Source: Octopus sinensis (lineage: Eukaryota). From it: a DNA stretch of 64,000 bases. The stretch lies in the NCBI RefSeq assembly GCF_006345805.1, contig NC_043006.1, positions 88,474,001-88,538,000 of the forward strand. Reading direction: 5' to 3'. The position numbers and the translations under genes were made by a program. The notes beneath the pieces are model-generated. The model was not told the origin of the DNA. It worked only from the letters and a program-made list of their open reading frames with translations, and searched no databases. Positions within the stretch are counted from its first letter, which is position 1. Each line of letters starts with the position of its first letter. Positions 1 to 13,530 of this stretch are shown here, in pieces.

Positions 1-292
1 TTCCATATTGCTCGAATCAATGCCTAAAGGAACATATAAAGTCTCTTTGTAGAATATTTGCAAGAATGCTGAGAGTTATTCTGGATATGATATGACGTTC
101 TGGCAACAAGATAAAGATTATTAAATTAAAGGAACCATTATTGTTGATATGAGAATTGGAATTAATTATTAATCTTTACAGCTATTTAACTCGCTTCTCT
201 AAATAGATAAGTAATACACACACACACACACATATATGCACAAATATACACGCATCTATTCATTCAGTCATCTATACATCCCGTCATCCACC

Positions 293-410
293 CAGGAGTG
301 GCTGTGTGGTAGGTAGCTTGTTTAACAACCACATGGTTCTGGGTTCAGTCCCACTGCGTGGCACCTTGGGCAAGTGCCTTCTACTATAGCCTCGGGCCGA
401 TCGAAGCCTT
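293..410 (+). mobile_element. tRNA-derived CORE-like SINE (family A), head only
   Basis: A-box TGGCTGTGTGG, B-box GGTTCAGTCCC, then CCTTGGGCAAGTG (CORE-like), running into a microsatellite; same family recurs at 5.4, 7.1, 11.5, 12.9, 25.9 and 58.1 kb. Confidence 0.85.
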
Positions 411-587
411 GTATGTATGTATGTATGTATGTATGTATGTATGTATGTATGTATGTATGTATGCATGCATGCATGCATGCAAACACACACACATACATAC
501 ATACATACATACATACATAATACATACATACATACATACATACATACATACATACATACATACATACATACATACATACATACATAC
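411..587. repeat. (TATG)n-(GCAT)n-(CATA)n self-complementary microsatellite
   Basis: TATG array followed by its reverse complement CATA array. Confidence 0.95.
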
Positions 588-602
588 AAACGTATAGGTG
601 GC

Positions 603-695
603 CAGTAAGCAGAATTTTGAGTTCAAAATCCGACCAGATCAACTTTGCTGTTCATCAATTTGGGATCGATGGACAAAGTACCAGTCCTGTACTGG
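603..695 (+). mobile_element. SINE family B fragment
   Basis: GAGTTCAAAATCCG...CAACTTTGCTGTTCATC...GGATCGAT...AAGTACCAG matches the other family B copies in the window. Confidence 0.65.
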
Positions 696-1399
696 TACCG
701 ATTCTTGTCTTTTTCTAACTCTAAGTCTGTCAGCCAGTTAGTATTTTTCTCGCTTTCTGGAAGAAATATCCTATACTCAGGCAGAGAGTGGAATCGACTC
801 CCTCTGGTCTAAAAATACGCGAGACACTGTATGTCATGAGGACGCCATATTTTCCGTCGGAGAATTTAGCGCCCATGTGAAGCTTGGTATGACACGTATG
901 CACTAATGTTCAGACATGTCAACCTGTCTGGAATAAAGTATGGCTGAACTTGGGATCTTGGGGAGAGAATGTAAAATCATTGATTCATATGCTACAAACG
1001 ATCACTATATCTGGGACTATAAAAATTTGCAAGGCTTTCCTAAGATTTAAAGAATGACGGTTAGAACAAGATATTCCCCTTCACAATCTTGCTGCCAAGT
1101 AGATGGCCGGTCAAATTTACTCTAAATTAAAAAGAGAAAGAGAACATACATACATACATACATACATACATACATACATACATACATACATACATACATA
1201 CATACATACATACATACATACATAGAAGAACATGGGTAGGTAGGCACGTAGAATGGAATTCGTTAGATAGATCGAGGAGGCATGCCCAAATGCATTTAAA
1301 CTCAGTATGAAATTAAGACCACAAGTGATGTATTGACAGTTTGTTGGCAGAATCGAAAAGACTGATCGACAATAATTATAGTAACGAAATAACTTTATT

Positions 1400-1800
1400 A
1401 CACACGCACAAATTCGGACCAAGCGTTTCTACACATGATTCATACCTGGAATTGTAAGTTCGTGTACCCACAGGCTCTGTCAGTTGACTGGCATACTTTA
1501 TATACTTGACTCTAAAGCTGGCACGTTTGGTCGGAGCCTTCTCTTCAATTTCCATAAACTCTCGTCCATACAAATGTCCTGTGTGGGGACACACATAGAG
1601 AACATACACGTTCCGAAATATTCAGCCACTTCGTCAACGATAGGACGTATTTTGTGCGGCCTGTCATCTGGTTCTCGCCTGATTTGAAATACTGATTTCG
1701 AAGAAGTGCCAAAAATCGATCGTGGTTTTGAAACCTAGTGATCTCTCCGACATCAGGCGTGTACCTGTGTTGGCAATATCGATTTGGTGGGAAAAGTGAG
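1400..1800 (-). pseudogene. piggyBac (PGBD-like) transposase remnant
   Basis: Minus-strand translation across frameshifts: KIRPIVDEVAEYF..CVPTQDICMDESLWKLKRRL..PTKRASFRVK.YKVCQSTDRACGYT, matching the piggyBac first catalytic Asp region (DESL..FKGR..PSKRARFGIK.YKLC). Confidence 0.75.
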
Positions 1801-1908
1801 CGAATGAACAGCACAAACATTAGATCACTATCAACAAATGATCATTGCAGGTTGTTCAGCAAGAAATTGCTGAACTCTCATCTGTCGTATACCAACATTG
1901 AGCCCGCC

Positions 1909-1987
<79 letters not shown>

Positions 1988-2925
1988 TGTGCTCGGGTGT
2001 GTATATGTATGTATTTATACACACATACATGTGTGTGTTTATAGTTGTCTAATAAGTTTTCATAAGTCAGAAATAAACAGGCTTTCAAATAAATTAAGTA
2101 ATAGAGAAAATATATTATTTATATATTAAGAATAAAGTCTCATGAATGCCAGTTTATATTACTCAATTGTTTCATTCTGAAAAGCCTTCGAAAAGGGGAG
2201 AGACAAATTTACGACCATCGAACATGGGGGAATGGAAACTTATATCCTAGACTCCTTGGTACCAAAGGCCTGAAATTGCCACATCCGGTTTAGAGTCTGG
2301 GAGATTAGTGGGTGGAATAAATAAACCGATCGAAACTCATTGATGAAAGATCGGTGTCAAAGAAATCAGGACAATGGTATTTCTCAATCCTATCAGAGTT
2401 ATGTATCATGGTCGGTCACTTTTGGCCAATGACCTTCATGTGAACATTCAAGTGACAACTGTCCATTCCAATTTTATCTATATATGATAATGGAATGAAG
2501 AGGGCTAGGGATGCAAAAGGAATAGAGGAAAAAATAGAAACAGAGACATGCCACAGTAGTAAGGGAGGGATTTTTGAAAGGCCTATATATAAATGCATGC
2601 GTATAAATGCTGGGGCCGAGAGGGAATATCACATTTATGGACAGAGAGGCTGTAGGAGAGCAAAAACCAATTCCTACACATAGGGTATATATGATCACCT
2701 AGCTAAAACATATTTCTTTTCCTAGGATTAAAGAAAAACAGCGAAACAATTGTAAGTTGAATAAACCGTTCAAAGACAAGCGGAAAACACGTTGTCAAAA
2801 AGCAATCTTCTTAAACATACACCATGTCCAGGCATGGATTTGATGTATACATGTATACACAAATGGATACACACACATACACATATATGTGTATGTATAT
2901 ATATTCATATATACATACATACGAA

Positions 2926-2974
<49 letters not shown>

Positions 2975-3001
2975 AGAGAGGGAGAGAGGGAAAGAGAGAT
3001 A

Positions 3002-3897
3002 CACGCGGTGGTATCAAAAGGTTCCCGGACTAGTTATATTTAATAAATAAATATCTTATTTAGCTAAGTTCTAACATCCTCTCATTGGAAATATTCACCC
3101 TACACAGCAATACATCGGTTCCAATGTTCCTGCCACTTTTGAAATTTGGCCTAGAAGACGCTTTCTGTGAGCGAGTCGAGGACCTTGTACGGTTTACTCT
3201 GGACGTCGACAATGGTGTTAAAACGGTGACCTTTGAGTTGCAGTTTCATCTTCGAGAAGAGATGAAAGCCTGCAGGTGCTAAATCCGGTGAATGGTGCTG
3301 GTGCGGAAACGGCACCAAGTTGCTTTTGGCGAGAAACTCACGAGTGAGGAGAAGTCGGTGAAGAATACAATTGTTCGCGCATCATAGATCCAATTTTTTT
3401 CGACGACTGTCCTCCAGCAAACTCTTCAAACAGTCGCAGCAGAACTTTCGATTGACGGTCTGGTCCAGGGGAACGAATTCTCGAGGCGCAATGCCACATT
3501 TCCTGGGGTGACGCCTGTGACAGGTCTTCTAGATCGCTCTACATCTTCCAGGGACGTCCTTCTGCTTTCGGTCGGATCACTCGAAATATTGCGTACGACC
3601 CTTTGCCTCGTCACCGTGAGTTTGCCGAAGCATGTTCAGTGTCACTGCAGCAAATTTTCCAAGTTTAGCGCAAAATTTCACGTTGGCTCTTTGTTCCTGT
3701 CCATGACAAAATCGCCGACTACAGCATACCCTGATCACAAAAACATAAATTTCACAACTTGCAAAGTAAACGCAGTGATGTCACTCGGCACACTACCTCA
3801 TAAAGGTCACTGCTGGCTCTCACTGCTCACGCAACCGTATGCTGTTATCTGTTAGCGCGATACCGAATTAGTTGGGAGATTTTTGATACCACTTTGT
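3002..3897 (-). mobile_element. mariner element, internally deleted and decayed
   Basis: TIRs GTGGTATCAAAAGGTTCCCGGACTAGTT / AATTAGTTGGGAGATTTTTGATACCAC; minus-strand peptide RTSLEDVERSRRPVT resembles the mariner HTH region (ESLEDDERSGRP). Confidence 0.85.
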
Positions 3898-5301
3898 GTG
3901 TGTGTGTGTGTGTGTGTGCATAATAATTTTATTAAAATCCCGCATTTAAAATTACTACACTGTTTCAAATACGACAAAACAAAAATAAAATAATTTACTG
4001 TTTCTATATCTCGAGTTAACTTATGCTTTTATTTACAAGTTATATACTCTACAGTTATAAGTTATATATTCTACAGTTCATACTACTAATTTTTACAATC
4101 TTTGAATACACTTCAAATTATGTAAGCATTAAAAACCTTTTCTGCAATGCATAAAACCTGAATATTTTAAAAGTATAAACTTTTTTTTAATAGAGTAGTA
4201 TTAGTAAAGATAGCGTACCAATATATACAGTTCATATATCTTATGAAAATTTAATTTTCTCCCGATGTAGCACAGCACTTAAAGCAAACTTTCCATAAAA
4301 ATTTAAAAGTGAATGAATGAATGAATAAATAATTTTCTAATGTACATGGTATTTGAAACCGCGTACTTCTTTTTGATGATACGATTGTATTTTTTATTGG
4401 GGAATTTTAACAACCTCCTTCAATCTCTGATAGTTTCAACACAATACACTTCGTTCAAATTCATTCCTTGACCTCAATGACAGTTACTTGATATGCTTGT
4501 GTAACATACAGCGAATCTTACCAGAGCAAATGCCATTTCGAAGCTGTTACCTCCTGGAACAGTATCTTGGAAATGGTTGTAGTCTTCGATATTCCACACT
4601 AGATAACGAACCTCTCTATTATAATTTTCTTTGTTTCCTCATTCATATTAAATGTCTTCAACACTAACACCTGCACAGTTTGATAGAAATTTTTTCGGCA
4701 TATCGAGTGCCAAAATTAAAGAAAAGGCCCTTTGGATTTACGCCTGCCATGCACAACCATTTTCTGATCTTTACTGATCCTGACAAAGACCTTGCACAAT
4801 GTGGACTCGAGCTTCAGGATTAACTGCTAGGGAAACTCAATCTAAAGATTCTTTAGTCGACCAGCTGACATTCAACAACTGCAAGTGCATGGCCACCAAA
4901 ATGAATTCCTTTCGGTTCAAGATAAAAGGAAAATCATATAGAAATATCAAACAATGTGTGTATACCGGTTTGTGCGAACAATCCACTCATGAATATGCTT
5001 GGAAATAATTGACCTACTACGACAAGGAGAACATCATAAATGATGTAGAATGACAAAGTAAAGGAGCTGAACATTAAGTAACGTATTCTTTGTGCAGATT
5101 GTTCAGTAATAACAATTATTTTTCAAACTTAGTGGGGATGAAATTACAAGATTAGTAGAACGGATAAAGGCTGTTGCTGTAGGTTTCTAGCCAGGACATT
5201 ACATATTTGCCTCTGTTTTCTACTTTGAGTCAAGGTGGAAAAGAATGGCGCAGTCAAGACAGAATTTGAAGCACATTGTGACCAGTGGTGTATAACGTGA
5301 T

Positions 5302-5343
<42 letters not shown>

Positions 5344-5379
5344 TGCGTGTGTGTCTACATATTTCTATGTATGCATATA

Positions 5380-5555
5380 TACCCACACTGGCTCGCACAC
5401 ACTCAAACATGACAAGCCGCTTTGAGTTTCCATCTTCCAGATTCTCTCACAAGTCTTTGGTAGGCCTGGAGCTATATTAAAAGTGCCAAGAGTAGGACTA
5501 AGCCAAGAAATATGTGGTTGGGAAGCAAACTTCTTACACAGCCACGCCTGCGCCT
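5380..5555 (-). mobile_element. SINE family A, diverged
   Basis: Ends ACACAGCCACGCCTGCGCCT, the reverse complement of the family A head. Confidence 0.75.
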
Positions 5556-5689
5556 GAACACACACACATACTTACGTACTCACACACACACACACACGCA
5601 CACACACACACACACACACTCACACACACAAATATTATCCACATACCAAACACGACCAGGAAGAACAGGAAATATGGCCTGAAATCCTA

Positions 5690-6150
5690 AACAGCACCAT
5701 TAGTGAATATTTTTCAAGTGGACATAATATATTCAAATCATATCTCCATGATTGCAAGGCGAGCGTCAAAACTGCTACCCTTCCTCGTCAAGACCTCCAA
5801 AATACTTCAACTCTCGACAACTAGTAACGCTATACATAGTTCAGTGAAGATCCACACCTCTCGTGTCTCGGATAAAACTGCTCCGAGACGTACCAGACGA
5901 CATCTAATCAGTAGAATAAAGTATCATGTATATACATTATAACCGTCACCACTTTTTGCTTCTCTTTAGGTTTCTATAGCTGACTGTTGCTCGGAATTGG
6001 ATGGGTTCGTACTTGCCCCACTCACACATTCCCTATTCACTCGGCTCTTAACTCAATATCTCTACATGGCACCAGCACTTGACATAAGACAAACCAATAC
6101 ACCAAGCTCTCCCTCCTGAAAACGTTGTCTTATGGAAGCGCTGTTTCAAT
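5690..6150 (+). mobile_element. L2/CR1-group LINE, RT C-terminal remnant
   Basis: HISMIARRASKLLPFL followed by decayed C-terminal motifs typical of L2/CR1/Crack ORF2 tails. Confidence 0.55.
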
Positions 6151-6859
6151 CAAGTGGTCTACATGCACAGCAAGGCTAAATGAAAGTTTACAAATTCATC
6201 CCCGTGTGAAACAGAGAAAATATGTATGTAATAGAATGTCCATTGCTGTCCACTATCCGTAAACTAAGATTAGACTTCTGTTCCCATAAGCAAATATATT
6301 TTTTTATACTCGTAAGAAATAAATTCTTAACTTATTTCAATTATCTACCGCTTTGCTATGAGCGTTGCTAATATCTGCCTCTAGACTTTTACACTTTTTC
6401 TCCAGTTAACAGAGATGTTTGCGATGATTAAGAATATTTTACCCACGGCACTTAATACTTCACATGCAATATATGTGTGTGGATATATGTATATATGTAT
6501 GTTTGCATGTATGTATGGGTGTAGGAAGGTAGGTAGGTAGGTAGGTAGGTAGGTAGATAGACAGGTGTGTAGGCAGGCATACATGCATATGTAGGCGTGT
6601 ATATAAATATTTATGTTTGTATGTATGCGATTTCCTACCAACATCGTGTCCAGTTAAGTGGTCCGAGAAATATAGATTGGGAAATTCTATTGTAAATATT
6701 TGATTTCGCTAATATTTCAAAACCAATATCAACAACACCGTGTAACAAGCCTTGACCAAAAGCAGCCAATCTTCAGTAGCCATTTTAAACTCCTTCCATC
6801 CTCCATTCGGTCAACTGGTCTGACGAGCTAGGTTCGTATGGCGAGAGAAGGATACCTTG

Positions 6860-6948
6860 AGTTGATAATATCGACTCCAGTACTTAACAGGTACTTAATT
6901 TATCGACCCCGAAAGGATGAAAGTCGACCTCGGCGGAATTTGAGCTCA
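6860..6948 (-). mobile_element. SINE family B fragment
   Basis: GTACTTAATTTATCGACCCCGAAAGGATGAAAGTCGACCTCGGCGGAATTTGAGCTCA. Confidence 0.85.
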
Positions 6949-6960
6949 ATAATAATAATG

Positions 6961-7009
<49 letters not shown>

Positions 7010-7059
7010 AAAAAGGCATCGGAGGGGCGATGCATACCTTGCGCGCACACAAGGATGGT

Positions 7060-7200
7060 ATGCGTGCCTCCCACCACATGATCCGGGTTCAGTCCCACTG
7101 CGTGGTGCCTGGGGCAAGTGTCTTCTGCTATAGCCTCGGGCCAACAAAAGCCTTGTGAGTTGATTTGGTAGACGGAAACTGAAAGAAGCTATCGTATACA
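7060..7200 (+). mobile_element. SINE family A 5' half
   Basis: GGGTTCAGTCCCACTGCGTGG...GGCAAGTGTCTTC...GGTAGACGGAAACTGAAAGAAG. Confidence 0.85.
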
Positions 7201-7231
7201 CACACACACACACATATTTATATCTATCTAA

Positions 7232-7271
<40 letters not shown>

Positions 7272-7286
7272 ATATATATATATATA

Positions 7287-7344
<58 letters not shown>

Positions 7345-7364
7345 TAGATAGATAGATATATAGT

Positions 7365-7657
7365 GGAGGCGCAATGGCCTAGTGGTTAGGGCAGCGGACT
7401 CGCGGTCGCAGGATCGCGGTTTCGATCCCCAGACCGGGCGTTGTGAGTGTTTATTGAGCGAAAACACCTAAAAGCTCCACGAGGCTCCGGCACGGGGTGG
7501 TGATCCCTGCTGTACTCTTTCACCACTCTTTCTCCCACTCTTTCTTCTGTTGGCCTGCTCGCTTAGCCAGCTGGGTGGCGTCATTCGAAGGCTTTGCAAA
7601 ATTTGTGACCAGCGATGTGTAACAACATCTGATGGTCTGGTCGGTCACGTGATCACG

Positions 7658-7668
<11 letters not shown>
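7365..7668 (+). mobile_element. tRNA-Arg-like SINE (family C)
   Basis: GGCGCAATGGCCTAGTGGTTAGGGCAGCGGACTCGCGGTCGCAGGATCGCGGTTTCGATCCCC: A and B boxes, TCG anticodon-like loop, no acceptor stem, non-tRNA body follows. Confidence 0.8.
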
Positions 7669-7705
<37 letters not shown>

Positions 7706-7739
7706 TGTGTGTGTGTGTGTGTGTGTGTTTGTGTTTGTC

Positions 7740-7928
7740 TCCCCACCACCGCCTGACAATCGATGTTGGTGTGTTTACGTCCCCGTAATTTAGCGATTCG
7801 GCAAAAACACCGACAGAATAAGTACTAGCTTACAAAGAATACATCTTGGGGTCGAATTTTTCGACTAAATGCGATGCTCCAGTATAGCCGCAGTCAAACG
7901 ACTGAAAAATGCAAAAGAATAAAAGAAT
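7740..7928 (+). mobile_element. SINE family A 3' half
   Basis: Reverse complement of the segments at 11342-11490, 12703-12860 and 57800-57990, which are joined to family A heads through a microsatellite. Confidence 0.8.
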
Positions 7929-8009
7929 ACTCTCAGATGAATTCTTATTCCAACAAAATGACATCAAGAGTTATTTCCTCCTGTTTGTCGTTTATGCATA
8001 AGTAACAAA

Positions 8010-8200
8010 CAAAAAAAAAACATTCTGATTCACCTGTCCGCCAAAATTTAATGAGTTCGAGCCACTCACCCAATGAATATTTCTGCCAAATTTGGTGAAA
8101 ATCCGTTTAGCCGTTTACCAGTAATTTTGCAAAGACACAGACAAACATACGAACACGCGCGACTACAATACCCTGCTTTCGCATACGTGCGCAGGGTAAT
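8010..8200 (+). mobile_element. Helentron/HINE-like non-autonomous element, 3' part
   Basis: CAAAATTTAATGAGTTC...AAATTTGGTGAAAATCCG...ACAGACAAAC...ACAATACC plus a terminal hairpin then GGTAAT; same layout as the 14.5 and 47.3 kb elements. Confidence 0.5.
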
Positions 8201-8899
8201 AATAATAATAGATCAAATCTAAAACCATCACGAAGCAGGAATTAAGAATCCGCAAAAACAATGATAGAAAGCTATGTTTTAATGTAAGCCATCTCAGGAA
8301 ACCGAAAGATTTTTTTTATATGGAGTAGAATTTCCCTCAGATGCTCCGCCACAGCAACACGTGCGTGAAAATGTAAACACATGGATTGCAATACCACTAT
8401 AGGAAAAACTGAAAACCTGTGAGTAAAATTTTAATTACATATGCATTAATATTTATACAAGTCCCATATATATATGCTCATTCCGCTTATACATCAATAA
8501 CAATTATAAATGCGAAAGAAACATCAACACATGTCCATGGGCGGTGTTCTACCAAAAAGTAAACGTTGTAAAGACCGACACATGACAAAGCCAGTAAAAA
8601 AAAGAACGATGTACAGATAACCATGAATGCTATGCAATGGTTGATGTATGATTTACACACACTATTATGCAACACTCCTCTAAAAACATATAGGAATAAA
8701 CTCATACAGTAAATACCTAATAAAATTAACAAAGCCCAACAGAACACAACCTGCGCTGCTCACAACATACAATACAAAAACTAATACAATAGAAGGCTTA
8801 ACACAAACCCCATAACAAAACATACCTATGCAATACAATATTCCTCAAGGGAGAAACACACACCTCACCAGCCCAAAGTGCAGCAAGTGATGCAACAGA

Positions 8900-10045
8900 A
8901 AATTACTTGAAACAATCAGATGTCGAAAAATAATAGTGGTGATGGCTAGGGTGACGAATGTTAACTTACCTCAGTTTATGATAGACAGGATATTACGTCG
9001 AAATTCCGGTGTAACAGCGAAAATGAGGTTGGATCTTTCAGGGAAGGCCTCTCGCTCAGCAGTGGTTCAGTAAAGATGCAGACTGACCACGGCTGTCATG
9101 ACCTCAGCAGATAATAAAGTAAGGAGGAGGAAGTGGATCAGCGAAGAAAACGAGATAGTGATGCAGTGCTGATTAGAAAATAAACCTAAAAGAAGGGGTT
9201 ATAGAAAGCGGATGTTAACACTTTGGTTAGCGAAGGGTATGTTTAAAGTAACTGAGTAGAGACTAGTAGATCAAGTTAATGCTGTTAGAAGAAAATGGAT
9301 GGCAGAATTGGAGGTAGAAGAGATCACAAGAGAACTTGAAAACAAAGACCAGGGAATAGGAAAGACAAACAACAACATAAGAGATACAGCTCAAACCAAA
9401 GAGGAATTTAAATGAAAAAATAATAATAGCACTACCAATAAATGAAGGGGCAACTGGCACCAGCGATTTAAGTGATTTAAGTGAGGAAGATCAGAAGATT
9501 TCAGATGAGCTGCAGGAAGTAATAAGTAAAGAAGTAAGAAAAATATTGCCAGCATTAAAAGGTACCAACAGAAGGAAGCTGCTAGATATGGCTAGGAAAG
9601 TAGATTCTGTAATCAGTAAGAAAGATACTAAAAACATAGGAGACACTAACTTATTGATCTATGCACGAAGGGCAGTAGTTACAAGAAGATTAGATATTCC
9701 ACCCATAAGGAAAGCTTGGAAAAGAGCAAATGTGGAAAAGGAGATTACAAAATAAAGTGAAGTCTAGAATAGAAGTCTAGAAACTGAAAAAGTTAAGAAA
9801 CAGAAGAACTAAATACTCTCTTGAGACACTTAGTCAAAGAGAAAGGATTTGGCACAGTCATTCAAGAGTTGAAACGGCGCATCAAAACATTAGAAGGTAA
9901 GTTTTCCAGATATCAGAAAATAATTGATAAGTATCAATAGAATAGATTTGAGGCCGACCAGAGGAGATTTTATAACCAAATAAATAGTGAAGAAGAAAGT
10001 ACTCAAGATGAGAAACCTAATTCAGAAGAAGTTAGAAAGTTTCCT
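8900..10045 (+). pseudogene. R4/Dong-type retrotransposon, 5' half of ORF (decayed)
   Basis: RRKWISEENEIVMQC..KRRGYRKRMLTLW..RLVDQVNAVRRKWMAELEVEEI..LPALK..PNSEEVRKF parallels KWSREDNKEVL..LTEVEID..LPKIR..PSKEEVQRF in the 60-64 kb ORF. Confidence 0.8.
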
Positions 10046-10223
10046 TTAATAGTGATTCACTTATATAACATTTTAACACTTTTTATTTTGAACTCGACAC
10101 AGAACTCGAAATATCGTTCAACCAATAAAATATCTATTGCAATCGCATCGCGCTCCTCATCTTGTCTGTTAACTTTGTGAAGAGTTACACCAAATTCTTT
10201 TAAAATAATGTAATAATGATAAT

Positions 10224-10433
10224 AATCCTTTCTACCGTTGGCACAGGGACTGAAATTTTGGGGGAGGAGGTAAGTCGATCACATCGGCCTCAGTACTTGA
10301 TTGATACTTAATTTATCGACCCGGAAAGGATGAAAGGCAAAGTCGACCTCAGCGAAATTTGAACTCACAACGAAGTAGCAGACGAAATACCGCTAAGCAT
10401 TTCACGGTATTTCGTCTGCCGCTACGTTCTGAT
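10224..10433 (-). mobile_element. SINE family B with fold-back head
   Basis: Family B core; GTAGCAGACGAAATACCG followed by CGGTATTTCGTCTGCCGCTAC. Confidence 0.8.
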
Positions 10434-11296
10434 AACAATAATGAAAATAACAATATGATTTTGAAAAGGTTAAAAGATTTTACACAGGAAAATTTATATT
10501 AAAGAAAAGTTGCTTTCAGAACTTCATCATGGAATAAAGTAAGAAAGTATTTACATTTTTATTAAATAAGCTACCGAATTCAGTCGCTGAAAAAAGACGA
10601 TTTAGTCGTGCAGAAAGAAGAAAAATATACCTTGAAATAATTCATTTTCGAACAATATCTTACTTTCTGTCTTGGCCTTCGTTTTGGAATGCATTGTTCT
10701 TTTCCAGTTTCAACGTTTCAAGGAATTTCCCTTGCGTAGTTTACATTGTCTTACACATCCACAGTTATAAAACAGTTATAAATATGCTTGATGATTATAT
10801 ATGTTTTTTTTAATATGCGTTTTATATATTATGCCATATGCTTATACACAATTTATATTTCTTTCTCTAAATGGGAAATTTCACCATCTTCCTAATCTAT
10901 TTTTCATTTAATAGCTGCATTGTCAATAAGATCCTAATATTCCAGTTTATCCAATGAAACTTGAGAATAATATTCGGATATCTTTAATGTACTTTTATTA
11001 CATACACTTTTCATGTTCCCTTTTACATAATCGCCTGGAGATTTGAAGGGTAAACTTCAGAGTAATAGTTTGCTAAATTTCAGATAATGAAATACATTAT
11101 ACAACTTTATTTCCATTAGAGTCTCTTCTCCTTTCATATATACATGATATACATATATATATATATAGTAGTAACAGAAAAGAGGAATTTCGATTATCCC
11201 CACGTGGTGAGTTGTAATGTATATAAGAAATTAAAAAAGGAAAATACGCACACTTACATGGTTTTAATATATATATATATATATATCTATATATGT

Positions 11297-11331
<35 letters not shown>

Positions 11332-11341
11332 GATGTATGCA

Positions 11342-11675
11342 TAATCTTTTACTTGTTTTAGTCATTAGGTAGTAGCCATGCTGGAGCACAGCCTTGAAAA
11401 ACTTTTACTACTTGTTCAATCAGTTACTTTTACCGAACCTCTAAGTTACAGTGACGTAAAAACTTCAAGACCGGTTGCAGAGCAGTCCCAAACACATGCG
11501 CGCGCACACGCACACACGCAAGCAAATATATATGTATACACACACACACACACACACACACTTCATTCAATTTCAGATCCACTCAGAAGGTTTTGGTCGG
11601 CCCGAAGCTATAATACAAGGTGCCACGCTGTGTGACTGAACTCACAACCATATGGCTGGAAGGCGAAATGCTTTC
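11342..11675 (-). mobile_element. SINE family A, full form with internal microsatellite
   Basis: 3' half + (CA)n + head on the minus strand. Confidence 0.75.
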
Positions 11676-11859
11676 GTTTGCGCATAATATATATACATAT
11701 ATATGTATATAAATATAAACAAAGATTTCTTTAGCGTTGAAATATGTATTGAAAGATAAAAGTAAGATGATAATTTATTTTCGGGTGCAGAAACACTGTT
11801 AGAAAATCAGAAATATTGGGTAAATTACCCTTACAGAGTGGAAAAATTAGTCAGTAAAC

Positions 11860-11925
11860 AGCCAAGGGACTCGAACCCACATCCTTCGAAGACTCTGGCC
11901 AAGTGCTTTACCATTTCAACGGTTG
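11860..11925 (-). mobile_element. tRNA-like SINE head or tRNA pseudogene
   Basis: Minus strand GTTGAAATGGTAAAGCACTTGGCCAGAGTCTTCGAAGGATGTGGGTTCGAGTCCCTTGGCT has A- and B-box-like motifs. Confidence 0.55.
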
Positions 11926-12420
11926 AGAAAACATATAAATGCTAGTTTGGTCATATTTATATACACGTAGTTGTGCATTTAGATTTATAGTGTCTAAAAT
12001 TGTAGATTAATTTGTCAGTGGGCAGTTGGACTTAACGAAGTTTCTGCGTTCGAAAATAAATTATCATATTATTTGTATCTTACAATACATACATGTATAT
12101 ACAACATGCATAAGCACACACACACCTCCAGAAGGCATAATGTTGTGCACTTTGTCAGAGAAAATCTATTCACAGACAGGCTGTGATTAAAAGCACAATA
12201 TATATCACAGCGAATCAGATGGTGTTGTCCTCGCTCCTCATAATAATATTGTATTTTTAAAACTATGTGTTCATAAAAAGATTTTCTCTCAAACTGAAAT
12301 GAACAATAGAATATATATACCGAGTATATGTAGATGGCGATTATAATTTAATGGCTGCTGAGTAATTATATACAGAGAGAGAGAGATTACCAACTCACGC
12401 AGCACATATAAGTTTGCTTA

Positions 12421-12563
<143 letters not shown>

Positions 12564-12616
12564 ATCCATCCAAACATACATACATACATACATACATACG
12601 TACATACATACATACA

Positions 12617-12649
<33 letters not shown>

Positions 12650-12702
12650 CAACGTGTATATACATGCAAGCATACATTCATACACGCATGTCTACGTATA
12701 TA

Positions 12703-13045
12703 TACTTTGACTTTTTCAGTTATTTGACTGCGGCCATGCTGGAGCACCGCCTTTAATCGAGCAAATCGACTTATTCTATAGTTCTCTTATGTCGAACCTC
12801 TAAGTTACGGGGAGATAAACACATCAATATCGGTTGTCAAGCGTTGGTTGGGTGACAAACACAAACATATACAGATATATACGAGAGGCTTCTTTCAGCT
12901 TTCGTCTAGCAAAAGGTAGACAAAAGGTTTTATTTGGCCGAGGCTATAACAGAAGACACCTGCCCAAGGTGCCTCGCAGTGGGACTGAACTCGGAACCAT
13001 GTGGCTGGTAAGCAAGGCACTTACCACACACCAACTCCTGCGCCT
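12703..13045 (-). mobile_element. SINE family A, full form
   Basis: Head ends CAACTCCTGCGCCT; both halves present. Confidence 0.9.
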
Positions 13046-13379
13046 ATATAAATATATTTATATATATATAAGCATAAATGCGTGGGTATGTGTATATATG
13101 TATGTGTTTGAGTATACGTCTGTATTTGTTACTTCAGCCACTTAAGCAATACAGGTTTATTTATTTCCTCTAACTTAGCGTTTCGGAAAAGGGACGATGA
13201 TTGAATCAGTTGCAGACTTAAAAACATATACTGGAATCAATTCCAGGATTATCTCAGCAGATCTTCAAGGTATCCCACAATACTCTGAAACTCCAAATCA
13301 TGCGATCGTAAGGCGAACATTTTAACCAATGAACTATGCCTGTGCCTGTAACCAGATTTGTATGTAGGTCATTATTCAG

Positions 13380-13530
13380 TTTTTGTTTCTTGATTTCTTG
13401 CCAATAAAGAGGTCGTTTATAACCAAGGAAGGTTTTACAAAGTTTTACAGTTCCAGTGATGGTTTGGATCTGTAGTCTTCGAATCAGCTTTCCCCTTTCT
13501 CTTAATTTCTCAAGATTGGGACTTAGGCAG
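13380..13530 (-). mobile_element. C-terminal end of an RLE-type non-LTR element
   Basis: PNLEKLRERGKLIRRLQIQTITGTVKLCKTFLG resembles the terminal helix of RLE LINEs (..QKIVLMGTAHILRKIL). Confidence 0.45.

Noticed and set aside
2322-2356. CCGAUC-GAAA-CUCA-UUGAUGA-AA-GAUCGG hammerhead-like loop
   Set aside because: C3 is mutated, there is no room for stem I, and no convincing cleavage strand; possibly a deleted pLTR relic.
4400-5100. Possible transposase remnant
   Set aside because: Complex sequence but no motif I can assign.
7365-7440. tRNA-Arg(TCG) gene
   Set aside because: No acceptor stem pairing and it continues into a SINE body; it is a SINE head.
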